Assembly (NCBI GenBank): GCA_965649115.1
Contig: CBFGJN010000002.1
Span: forward strand, 987 to 64,986
Source of the DNA: a candidate division WOR-3 bacterium
Lineage (GTDB): Bacteria; Hydrothermota; Hydrothermia; LBFQ01; DSFT01
DNA length: 64,000 nucleotides
Direction of reading: 5' to 3'
Positions 10,387 through 18,386 of the stretch are shown here, piece after piece (positions within the stretch are counted from its first letter, which is position 1; each line of letters starts with the position of its first letter). The translations under genes and the position numbers were made by a program. The notes beneath the pieces were generated by a model, which saw only the letters and a program-made list of their open reading frames with translations, was not told the DNA's origin and did no database searches.

Positions 10387-10832
10387 AATTATTTATAGAA
10401 GTTGAGGGAGAACTTATAGAAATTGAAAAAATGAAAAATTTTGAAATTATTGAAATGGGGAAAAATTTTTATTTAGTTTTTATAGATAATAAACCTTATT
10501 TTTTCAGTTTAAAAGATTTGGAGAGTGGAAAAATTTTTGACGATGGCAAAAATAAATTCTTTATTAGGATATTACATTCTTCATTTGAAGTTAAAGAAAA
10601 GGTTCATAAAACCTATGAAATTTTATCACCAATACCAGGCTTAATAGTTGATGTTCTAGTATCAGAAAACCAGCCTGTTAAAAAAGGAGAAACATTATTT
10701 ATAGTTGAAGCAATGAAAATGAGAAATCAAATTAAATCTCCTATTGATGGTATTGTTAAATCTATAAAAGTTCAGAAAGGTAAAACTGTTAATATGAAAG
10801 AATTATTAGCTGTTATTGAAAGTCAAACATAA
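10383..10832 (+). CDS. Biotin-requiring (biotinyl/lipoyl-attachment) domain protein, BCCP-like
   Basis: C-terminal EAMKMRNQIKSPIDG with the AMKM biotinylation motif. Overlaps the crotonase gene by 4 nt. Confidence 0.7.
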   Translation: MKLFIEVEGELIEIEKMKNFEIIEMGKNFYLVFIDNKPYFFSLKDLESGKIFDDGKNKFFIRILHSSFEVKEKVHKTYEILSPIPGLIVDVLVSENQPVKKGETLFIVEAMKMRNQIKSPIDGIVKSIKVQKGKTVNMKELLAVIESQT

Positions 10833-13159
10833 CTAACAAAACTCCTGTTGCTTCTTCTTTCAAGGTGAATTCTATAATAGCCCATTTGAGCAATTTCTTC
10901 TTCATGCGTTATTACAATAAGTTGATAGTCGGGATTGTATTTTATGAAATTATAAAATAACTCTCCAAGGCTTTCAATTCTTTCATTATCCATTCCATCT
11001 GTTGGTTCATCAAGAATAAATATCTTAAATTTTATATCAAGCATTTGAGCAATAGCTAATCTCATAGCCAAAGATAATGCAGTTTTTTCACCACCACTTA
11101 ATGAATTTACATTAATATCATATCCACTTTCATTTTTCAAAAATATATCCATCTTTTCTTCTGAAAATTCAATTTCAATTGATTTATAATCTGACAAATT
11201 AAATTTATCAAAGTAGTATTGAACATAAAATTTGAGATTTTCATAACTTCTTTTCCTTTCAAAGGTTATTAAATTAATTAATCTATCATTTAATTCTTCG
11301 TAAATTTGCTTTTGACTTTTTTTATTCTCATATTCATTCAATTCTTTTTTAATATCTTCTTTTCTAATTTTAAGTTCGTTAATCCTTTTTTCGTTCGTTT
11401 TAATTTCACCTTCTAATTTTCCAATTTCATTACTTATTTTTTCAATTTCTTCTTCAACTTTTTGTATTTCAATATCTAAATTTTCAAAATTGATATTTTT
11501 GTAATTTTGAAGTTTTAAAAGAATTTCATTTTTTTTGTTAATTTCAATTTCTAATTGTTTTTTAAAGCTCATTTTTGATAAATAGCTTTCATAAAATTTT
11601 CTATTCTCTTCAACAAAATTTATAACATCTTGAAATCCATAATCATAAATCCATTCTTTTATTTTATTTTCATATTCAACTTTTCTTTTTTCAAGAACAA
11701 CTTTTTGAGAATAAATTTTATAATCTTCTTCATATATTTTGTAATTTTTTATTTCTTTTTCCCATTTATCCCAGTGTTCTTTATCTTTTTTAAAAATTTC
11801 TTTAAGCTTACAAAATTCCTCAATATTAGGCTCAAATTTTAATTTCCTTTCAGTTTCTTTTAGTTCTTTATCTATAATTTCCAATTCTTTTTCTATTTTT
11901 TGTTTTTCTAAGCTTAAATTATTTATTTCTGTTTTTGCTGATTGAATGACAATTTTCCTATGATTTTCATCAAGTGGTCTTTTACATATTGGACAATTTC
12001 CATATGTATTTTCTAATTCTTTTAAAATTTTTTGATTTTGAGATATTTGGTTATCTATTTCTCCTATTCTTTGGATAATTTTCTGTTTTCTTTCCAATAA
12101 TTCTTGTCTCTTTTGTTTTAATTGATTTAATATATTTATGTAGTCTGAACATTCATTTAGATTTCCAAATTCACTTCTTAGTAAGTTTTTAATTTCTCTT
12201 CCTCTTTTTACAATACTGTCAAGTTCTTTGGTTTTTTCGTCATTTAAGTAATCTAAGTATTTTTGATATTTTTCATAACCTTCTTTGTGTTTTTCAATAG
12301 TTTCTAATTCATTTTTAATTTTTATAAAGTTTTCGTAGGCGGATTTCGTTTCAATTGCTTTTTTGTAAATTTCATTATATTTTTCATATTTTTGAAAAAT
12401 TTCTTTATCTTTTTCAAGTTCTTCTTCAATTTCTTTGTACTTTTTCTCATAATTTTCAATTTCTTTAAGTTTTCCATATAATTCCTTTGCATCTTCTAAA
12501 AACTTTTTATTATTTTTAAGTTCATTTAAAGTTTTTTCAAAATTTTCCTTGGTTTTTATTTTTTGATTATTTTCAAATTCAATTTGACTTATCGTTTTTT
12601 CAATTTCCTCTAAATCATTTTTTTTCTTAAAATAATCAAATCCTTTTATGTATCCTTCATATTCCTTAATAATTCTTTTATTAACATCTACGATTTTATT
12701 GAGAATATCAATGCCTATTATTTTTTCAAATTCTTTCATTCTTTTTGTTGGTAGTTCCCTTATAAATTCATCTATGCTTTTTTGTTTTATTAATAGTGTG
12801 CTAATGTACCTTTTATAATTTATATTGAAATTTTTTAATAAGTAAGCTTTTAATAGGTTTGAGCTATTTACTCCATATAAATTTGTTGAAAATGTTGAAC
12901 TTCCTCTTTCAATTATAAAGTCTCTTTGATTATTATTCATAATCATCTTTATTAAGAAATCTCTTTGTCCGTACCTTATTAAATCCTCTTTTTTGTTACG
13001 ATATATTGCTTTTCCAAATAAGCAAAAGCAAATTGCTTCAATTATTGAACTTTTTCCACTTCCATTTTGTCCTGTAATGATATTTATTCCATCTACGAAA
13101 TCTATTAAACTATATTCATGGACTAAAAAGTTTTTAAGTTCTATTGATTTTATCTTCAT
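10823..13159 (-). CDS. sbcC: SbcC/Rad50-family DNA repair ATPase
   Basis: Walker A ITGQNGSGKSS, a long coiled coil with a CPIC zinc hook, and the C-terminal signature LSGGEKTALSLA plus ILDEPTDGMD. Confidence 0.85.
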   Translation of the reverse strand: MKIKSIELKNFLVHEYSLIDFVDGINIITGQNGSGKSSIIEAICFCLFGKAIYRNKKEDLIRYGQRDFLIKMIMNNNQRDFIIERGSSTFSTNLYGVNSSNLLKAYLLKNFNINYKRYISTLLIKQKSIDEFIRELPTKRMKEFEKIIGIDILNKIVDVNKRIIKEYEGYIKGFDYFKKKNDLEEIEKTISQIEFENNQKIKTKENFEKTLNELKNNKKFLEDAKELYGKLKEIENYEKKYKEIEEELEKDKEIFQKYEKYNEIYKKAIETKSAYENFIKIKNELETIEKHKEGYEKYQKYLDYLNDEKTKELDSIVKRGREIKNLLRSEFGNLNECSDYINILNQLKQKRQELLERKQKIIQRIGEIDNQISQNQKILKELENTYGNCPICKRPLDENHRKIVIQSAKTEINNLSLEKQKIEKELEIIDKELKETERKLKFEPNIEEFCKLKEIFKKDKEHWDKWEKEIKNYKIYEEDYKIYSQKVVLEKRKVEYENKIKEWIYDYGFQDVINFVEENRKFYESYLSKMSFKKQLEIEINKKNEILLKLQNYKNINFENLDIEIQKVEEEIEKISNEIGKLEGEIKTNEKRINELKIRKEDIKKELNEYENKKSQKQIYEELNDRLINLITFERKRSYENLKFYVQYYFDKFNLSDYKSIEIEFSEEKMDIFLKNESGYDINVNSLSGGEKTALSLAMRLAIAQMLDIKFKIFILDEPTDGMDNERIESLGELFYNFIKYNPDYQLIVITHEEEIAQMGYYRIHLERRSNRSFVSYV

Positions 13160-14301
13160 TTTGCTAAACTCCTTAAAATGTTTTCTATTTCTTTTTCTTG
13201 TTCTTTCTCGTTTTCTGAATCGTTTATATTTTGGTTTTCAATAATTCTCATTACAACTTCATAATATTTTCCGAGGATTTCTTGCTTATAATTACTTGCA
13301 TTAGTAATTTTTATGTTTTGAATTTGATTTTGTTTAAAGCTTGTTATTGTTTTTTCAATATGATAAAATTTTAATTTATTTAAAAGTGAATTTAATTCAA
13401 TTGTTATGTTGTGATCAGCATTATTGATTTTCAAAATTAAAATTTTTTCACCATCTTCATAATTTTTAAGTTTATTTTCAATTTCCTCAATTGTTGGGTC
13501 ATCAAATTCAATTTTAATATATTCTCTTGGTGTTTTTAATAGAATTTCCTTTCTTTTTATATTTCCTTTGCCTAAAACTTCATAAAGAATTATTCTTTTT
13601 TTTGTTTTCTGTTTAATAAATCCATTTTCATCATATTCATATTCATCATATTTTATTGCTTCGCTTGAACCAACATAAGCAAATTTTTCTTTAATTTTCG
13701 GTGTATGAAAATGTCCAAGAAATATAAAATCAAAATTACTTAAATTTTCAAATGGAATATCAATAATACCAGCTTTTTGTCTTGATGTTTCTTCATCTAT
13801 TATTTGATGTAAAACTAAAAAATTGATTTCTGAACTATTTAAATTTTCTAAAATTTCAAAAATTGTATTTCTTAAAATTTGTCTATTTGAGAAATATGGT
13901 AGTAAATAAAAATTAACTCCATTTGAAGAAAATTTCAATTTTTCAATATTTATTTTTTCATTTTGGAAAATATCTCTCATCTCTACAACTTTTATATTTC
14001 CATTTTCAAAAATACTGATTGTTGATAATCCGATTCTTGTTTTGAAATCATGATTTCCAGGTGTTATAAGAATTTTAAATTTTTTTGAAAGTTCAGAAAA
14101 TTTTTCAAATGCAAATTTCAATGTTATGCTTTCTGGTCTATCTTTATCAAACAAATCTCCACTATGAATTATAATATCAGGATTATATTCAAATGCTAAT
14201 TGAAATATCTCTTCAAATACTTTTATAAAATCATTATAAGTTTCATTTTTTCTGTATTTTATAGCTCCAAGATGATTATCAGAAATATGTAATATCTTCA
14301 T
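13156..14301 (-). CDS. sbcD: SbcD/Mre11-family nuclease
   Basis: MKILHISDNHLG and GNHD phosphoesterase motifs. Overlaps sbcC by 4 nt. Confidence 0.9.
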   Translation of the reverse strand: MKILHISDNHLGAIKYRKNETYNDFIKVFEEIFQLAFEYNPDIIIHSGDLFDKDRPESITLKFAFEKFSELSKKFKILITPGNHDFKTRIGLSTISIFENGNIKVVEMRDIFQNEKINIEKLKFSSNGVNFYLLPYFSNRQILRNTIFEILENLNSSEINFLVLHQIIDEETSRQKAGIIDIPFENLSNFDFIFLGHFHTPKIKEKFAYVGSSEAIKYDEYEYDENGFIKQKTKKRIILYEVLGKGNIKRKEILLKTPREYIKIEFDDPTIEEIENKLKNYEDGEKILILKINNADHNITIELNSLLNKLKFYHIEKTITSFKQNQIQNIKITNASNYKQEILGKYYEVVMRIIENQNINDSENEKEQEKEIENILRSLAK

Positions 14302-14900
14302 TGTAATGTTAATGCATATAGAACGATATTCATACCAAATTTTAAAGCAGTTTCTTGAACTTCTGGTGGGTCGCCATGTCTATCTGTCCATCCATCAGAT
14401 ATATTACTTTCATATGTGTATAATAGAACTAATCTTTCCCCTATGAATATACCATATGCTTTTGGAGGTTTTCCATCGTGCTGATGAATTTTAGGAAGTT
14501 TATCAAATTTCCAATATATATTAAAAATTGGGTGATTTAATGGAACTTCTTCAAGCTCTTTATCAGGAAAAACCTTTTTAATTTCTCTTCTAAAATAACT
14601 ATCAAGCCCATAATCATCATCTACATACAAAAATCCTCCTCTTTCAAGATAATCTCTCAAATTCTTTGCATCTATTTCAGAAAAATAAACATTGCCATGT
14701 CCCGTCATATAGACTATTGGATAATTAAAAATTTCTTTACTACTTGGTTTTACTACTGCTTGTTTTTCATCAAGGTCTATATTTATGTACTTCTTTATGA
14801 ATTTTACAAGATTTGGGATAACTTCTGGATCGTTATACCAATCACCTCCTCCCTCATATTGTAGTCTTGCAATTTGAAATGAAAATAAAAGAAATAACAT
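14298..14900 (-). CDS. Hypothetical protein, DUF4159-like (GGGDWYNDPE ... YALT)
   Basis: Resemblance to DUF4159-type proteins is from memory of that family. Operonic with sbcDC through a 4-nt overlap. The start is preceded by TTTAAAATTTTAATAACTA. Confidence 0.4.
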   Translation of the reverse strand: MLFLLFSFQIARLQYEGGGDWYNDPEVIPNLVKFIKKYINIDLDEKQAVVKPSSKEIFNYPIVYMTGHGNVYFSEIDAKNLRDYLERGGFLYVDDDYGLDSYFRREIKKVFPDKELEEVPLNHPIFNIYWKFDKLPKIHQHDGKPPKAYGIFIGERLVLLYTYESNISDGWTDRHGDPPEVQETALKFGMNIVLYALTLQ

Positions 14901-14940
14901 TAGTTATTAAAATTTTAAAGTAGATTTAGTTCTAATTTTT

Positions 14941-15012
14941 GCTGTGTCTAGTAATTCTGAAATATAGATTATTTCTTATTTTGCCCGCCCACCCTGAAAA
15001 TAAGGCTTTGCC
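14941..15012 (-). repeat. A-type intergenic repeat module, full copy. Terminus GCTGTGTCTAGTAATTC, then an AT-rich palindromic region, then GCCCGCCCACCC and a short hairpin.
   Basis: Near-identical copies occur at 9518..9582(+), 24747..24824(-), 24901..24976(-), 30578..30650(+), 35838..35914(+), 39718..39790(+), 47419..47470(-) and 49463..49547(-). Confidence 0.8.
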
Positions 15013-15143
15013 CCCCTATAATCCCCCATAAAATCAATAATTTCTTTAAAAATTTTATAAGTTATTGACTATCAATCACTTAACACCATTTGCTAGACAA
15101 AGCATAATTATTTGCCTTGTCTAGTAATTAAGCCTTCCGCTTT

Positions 15144-15262
15144 AAAAAAACCCCAACTTTTGCTTTCGGAGGGGCATAGCTCCCCTTATCCCCATTAAAG
15201 CAATAATTTTCTTGAAATTTTAATTGATTATCAAGGACTTAACATTATTTATTGGACAAAGC
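15144..15262 (+). repeat. B-type intergenic repeat module, full copy. Sequence runs CCCCAACTTTTGCTTT, then a GGGG..CCCC hairpin, then TTGATTATCAA palindrome, ending TTATTGGACAAAGC.
   Basis: Copies or variants occur at 15005..15103(+), 24977..25043(+), 25508..25622(+), 47471..47541(+), 24825..24883(+, short) and 9441..9481(-, partial). Confidence 0.8.
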
Positions 15263-15298
15263 AGCAGGAGGACTTTATTTCACTTTAAAATTTCAAAC

Positions 15299-15871
15299 TT
15301 GAAGGAGAATTTAAGAGCTATTTTTTTATTGCCCATTATAAAGCTTTTTGTTAAGTTAAATATAAATCCTAATTTATTGACGATAATGACCCTCATTTTA
15401 AACTTAATTCCATTTTACTTTTATTCAAATAAAAATTTTTTATTGGGTGCTATCAGTTTAATTTTAATAAATTTATTTGATGCTATGGATGGAGAATTAG
15501 CAAGAATAACTAATAAGACTTCAAAATTAGGAGCTTTTTTAGATTCAAATTTTGATAGAATTTCAGAAGCTTTAATTTTTCTATCACTTATCATAGCTTT
15601 TAAAGAAAATTTTTTAATTCAAATACTTTTAATAATCTGTGGTTTTGGTTCATTTTTAATTAGTTATATAAGAGCTAGGGGTGAGTCATTGGGTGTTCTT
15701 ATTAAGGCAGGTCCTATGGAGAGAGCTGAAAGAATTTTTTTTATAGCGTTAATGACAATTTTTGTAAAATTTATTTTTTTGTTTCTTGTTATTTTCTCAA
15801 TTTTAATTTACATAACGATTATTAGGAGGATTTATGAGGGTTATAAAAAAATGAAGTTAAGTAATTTCTGA
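15299..15871 (+). CDS. CDP-alcohol phosphatidyltransferase (PgsA/PssA-like)
   Basis: Signature DAMDGELARITNKTSKLGAFLDSNFDRISE, i.e. D-G-x2-A-R-x8-G-x3-D-x3-D. The annotated ATG at 15224 lies inside a repeat module. A TTG at 15299 follows the TTTAAAATTTCAAAC box, and a downstream ATG at 15386 is an alternative start. Confidence 0.65.
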   Translation: MKENLRAIFLLPIIKLFVKLNINPNLLTIMTLILNLIPFYFYSNKNFLLGAISLILINLFDAMDGELARITNKTSKLGAFLDSNFDRISEALIFLSLIIAFKENFLIQILLIICGFGSFLISYIRARGESLGVLIKAGPMERAERIFFIALMTIFVKFIFLFLVIFSILIYITIIRRIYEGYKKMKLSNF

Positions 15872-16226
15872 ATTTTTCATCAATTTCAATTTTTTGCTTT
15901 TTAATTGGATCAAACATAACTTGGATTGTTGAACCTTTTGCACAAATTTCATTTTTTGAATTATATATTTCATAATCAATTTTAAAACTTGTTTTTCCTA
16001 TATTGCTAATCCAACAAACAATTTTTATTTTTTCAAGATATAGAGGTTTTAAATAGTCAATTTCTGCGTGTGCTACTACAAAATTATAATTAGGATTATC
16101 TTTATATAAATTTTCAAACATTTTAACTCTTGCTTGCTCAAAATAACTTAAATAAACAGCATTATTAACATGACCAAGTGGATCTAAATCACGATATTGA
16201 ACTTCAAACTCTACTTCAACTTTGAT
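15822..16226 (-). CDS. Acyl-CoA thioester hydrolase, YbgC/4HBT hotdog family (about 135 aa)
   Basis: The upstream in-frame extension IKVEVEFEVQYRDLDPLGHVNNAVYLSYFEQAR matches the YbgC N-terminus. There is no ATG, GTG or TTG between the in-frame stop and this segment, so the apparent start is ATC at 16226. Confidence 0.55.
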   Translation of the reverse strand: MKVEVEFEVQYRDLDPLGHVNNAVYLSYFEQARVKMFENLYKDNPNYNFVVAHAEIDYLKPLYLEKIKIVCWISNIGKTSFKIDYEIYNSKNEICAKGSTIQVMFDPIKKQKIEIDEKFRNYLTSFFYNPHKSS

Positions 16227-16270
16227 AGGGCTAAAATTTTATAGGAAGGCATAACCTTGGCATAAGATTG

Positions 16271-16307
16271 GACACAGCAAAAACTTATGCTTTAAAATTT
16301 TAGAACT
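16271..16307 (+). promoter_or_regulatory. Predicted promoter for tRNA-Asn: TGGACA, 16-bp spacer, TTTAAAAT, 9 bp to the mature tRNA 5' end
   Basis: Canonical -35/-10 spacing. The mirror arrangement (TTGGACACAGCA, 16 bp, TTTAAAATTTTCAAACT) precedes tRNA-Lys on the minus strand at 47390..47432. Confidence 0.6.
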
Positions 16308-16380
16308 GCCCCAGTAGCTCAACGGGTAGAGCGGTGGGCTGTTAACCCATAGGTTGCAGGTTCGAGTCCTGCCTGGGGCG
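16308..16380 (+). tRNA. tRNA-Asn (anticodon GTT)
   Basis: Cloverleaf folded by hand. Acceptor GCCCCAG/CTGGGGC, anticodon loop CTGTTAA, T-arm GCAGG-TTCGAGT-CCTGC, discriminator G, no encoded CCA. Confidence 0.9.
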
Positions 16381-16382
16381 TT

Positions 16383-16901
16383 ATGTTAATTTTTTTTCTG
16401 ATAGCTCAAAAAGGCGATACAAACAATATCTTATCAAAAATTATAGAAAATAAGAAACCTATTCTTGGAACTGATAAAGCTGAACTAAAAATAGTAATTT
16501 TTGATGACCCTGATTGTCCATTTTGTAGAAGAAGTATGCCACTTGTAAAGCAATTATATGAAAATAATAAAGATAAAGTCGCGGTTTATATAAGATGGTT
16601 TCCATTAGATATTCATCCAGATGCTAAAAGGAAAGCAAAAATTTTGGCTTGTTCAAATGATTACTTTAAAACAAAAGAAGAGTTAATAAAAGGTAATAAT
16701 GTAAAACCTGATATTCCAAATTGTGATGGAGAAAAAATTGTCCAAGAAGATTTAGATTATGGATATAAAATTGGTGTAAGTGGAACACCCACATTTGTCA
16801 TATTTACTAAAAGTGATACTGCACTAATAAGTGGTGCACCACCAGATTATGAAGTATTAAAAAACACACTTTCAAAGAGGTTCAAAATTGACCTCAAGTG
16901 A
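16383..16901 (+). CDS. Thioredoxin-fold thiol:disulfide oxidoreductase (DsbA-like)
   Basis: CPFC active-site motif (DDPDCPFCRRS). The ATG lies 2 nt after the tRNA-Asn 3' end. Confidence 0.7.
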   Translation: MLIFFLIAQKGDTNNILSKIIENKKPILGTDKAELKIVIFDDPDCPFCRRSMPLVKQLYENNKDKVAVYIRWFPLDIHPDAKRKAKILACSNDYFKTKEELIKGNNVKPDIPNCDGEKIVQEDLDYGYKIGVSGTPTFVIFTKSDTALISGAPPDYEVLKNTLSKRFKIDLK

Positions 16902-17596
16902 GCAAAAAATTTTTCTTATTTTTTCTTTTAACATCTTGTTTAAAACTTGATAATTCAAGTCCAAATGTTCCGAATTACAACGTTATTGCTAATTTAGTTA
17001 GTGGAAATGACACTCAATATGTATTTTTTGATAAAACGTACAAGCCTAATGAAGAACATCATTATGGACTTGAAGGTGCTAAAATTTTTATTTATAACAA
17101 TAATGTAAATTATCAATTCAATTATCCAAAACTAATAGATACAATAAACTACTATTATAGCCTTTTTAATCCAAATCCCAACGATAGTTTTTATCTAAAA
17201 GTTATAACACCAACAAATGAAACATTATTTTCAAAAACTTATATTCCTGGTTCTTTTCAAATAATTCAACCCTCTGACAATGAAACCATAACAATTCCAT
17301 CTAATAAACTTGTTATTTGGACAAGGAGTTCAAATGCTTACATTTATAAAATAAATGTTTATAAGCATTTAAGAGATAGCACGAGATTTGAAATTCCTTA
17401 TCTTTCAAATGATACATTTTCGGACTTGCTTAAATATCCTTATTTCTTTCCTGATAGTGGATTATGGACAATTTCTATTATGGCAATAAATGAACCACTT
17501 TATTATTATCTTAGTTTAGGTAAAGGAAACATAGATAATGCAGTTGGTGTTTTTGGTGCAGTTGTTTTAAGAAAAGTAAGAGTTTATGTTAAATAG
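16898..17596 (+). CDS. Hypothetical lipoprotein
   Basis: Signal peptide with lipobox LLTSC. No recognisable domain. Confidence 0.45.
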   Translation: MSKKFFLFFLLTSCLKLDNSSPNVPNYNVIANLVSGNDTQYVFFDKTYKPNEEHHYGLEGAKIFIYNNNVNYQFNYPKLIDTINYYYSLFNPNPNDSFYLKVITPTNETLFSKTYIPGSFQIIQPSDNETITIPSNKLVIWTRSSNAYIYKINVYKHLRDSTRFEIPYLSNDTFSDLLKYPYFFPDSGLWTISIMAINEPLYYYLSLGKGNIDNAVGVFGAVVLRKVRVYVK

Positions 17597-18374
17597 ATTA
17601 TTTTTTATTTTATTTTTCTTTGGATGTTATAATTATCAAAAAAGTGAAAATTTAAGAGTTGTTTCATTAGTTCCATCAGCAACGGAAATAATTTATCTTT
17701 TGAATGCTGATAGTGTTTTAGTTGGAATAACTAATCAGGATAATTACAATAAATTTAAAGTTGGAGATATGTTAAATCCAGATTATGAAAAAATAATGAA
17801 ATTAAAACCAAATTTAATTATTTTAACTATGCCCTTACAAAAAAAAGTTCTTGAAGAAATCTCAAAGCTTAACATTGATACATTAATCATTAGCCCACAG
17901 AGTATTGATGATATTTTTAAAGATATATTAAGAATTGGTAAAGTTTTAAGAAAAGAAGAGAGGGCATTATTTTTAATTGATAGTTTAAAAAATGTTTTAA
18001 ATGAGATAAAAAATAATTCCAAAAATTTTGAAAATAATAAAGTTTTTTATGAAATATGGGATAATCCACTTTGGACAGCTGGAAATAAAACATTTATAAA
18101 TGATGCTTTAAAAATTTTGAATTTAAAAAATATATTTGAGGATAGGGAAGGTTATTTTATTGTTAGTGAGGAAGAGGTTATCAAAAGAAATCCTGATATT
18201 ATAATAATTGCTCATTCAAATGTTAAAATTAGTGATGTAAAAAATCGTAAATTTTGGCAAAATATAAATGCTGTAAAAAATAATAAAATTATTTTTGTTG
18301 ATGAAAATTCTTTTAATAAACCAAGTCCGAATATAATTAAAGCTATAAAATTTTTGAATTCACAACTTTACTAA
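17586..18374 (+). CDS. ABC transporter periplasmic substrate-binding protein, BtuF/FecB-like (cobalamin/siderophore type)
   Basis: LRVVSLVPSATEIIYLL...VGIT pattern typical of class III binding proteins. Confidence 0.7.
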   Translation: MLNRLFFILFFFGCYNYQKSENLRVVSLVPSATEIIYLLNADSVLVGITNQDNYNKFKVGDMLNPDYEKIMKLKPNLIILTMPLQKKVLEEISKLNIDTLIISPQSIDDIFKDILRIGKVLRKEERALFLIDSLKNVLNEIKNNSKNFENNKVFYEIWDNPLWTAGNKTFINDALKILNLKNIFEDREGYFIVSEEEVIKRNPDIIIIAHSNVKISDVKNRKFWQNINAVKNNKIIFVDENSFNKPSPNIIKAIKFLNSQLY

Positions 18375-18386
18375 AAGGAGGAAAAT

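Noticed and set aside
10823-14301. Possibility that the SbcC/SbcD pair is an anti-phage system, such as a Lamassu/Wadjet/Gabija-type SMC-like ATPase plus nuclease
   Set aside because: The ATPase has the CxxC zinc hook in the middle of its coiled coil and Rad50 signature motifs. The partner has Mre11 DxH/GNHD phosphoesterase motifs. Gene order and 4-nt overlap are canonical sbcDC. No extra defence-type domains are present.
14901-15298. Intergenic repeats as a CRISPR array
   Set aside because: The repeats are long (60-120 bp), not regularly spaced by unique spacers of constant length, and are dispersed in every intergenic region. No cas genes are present.
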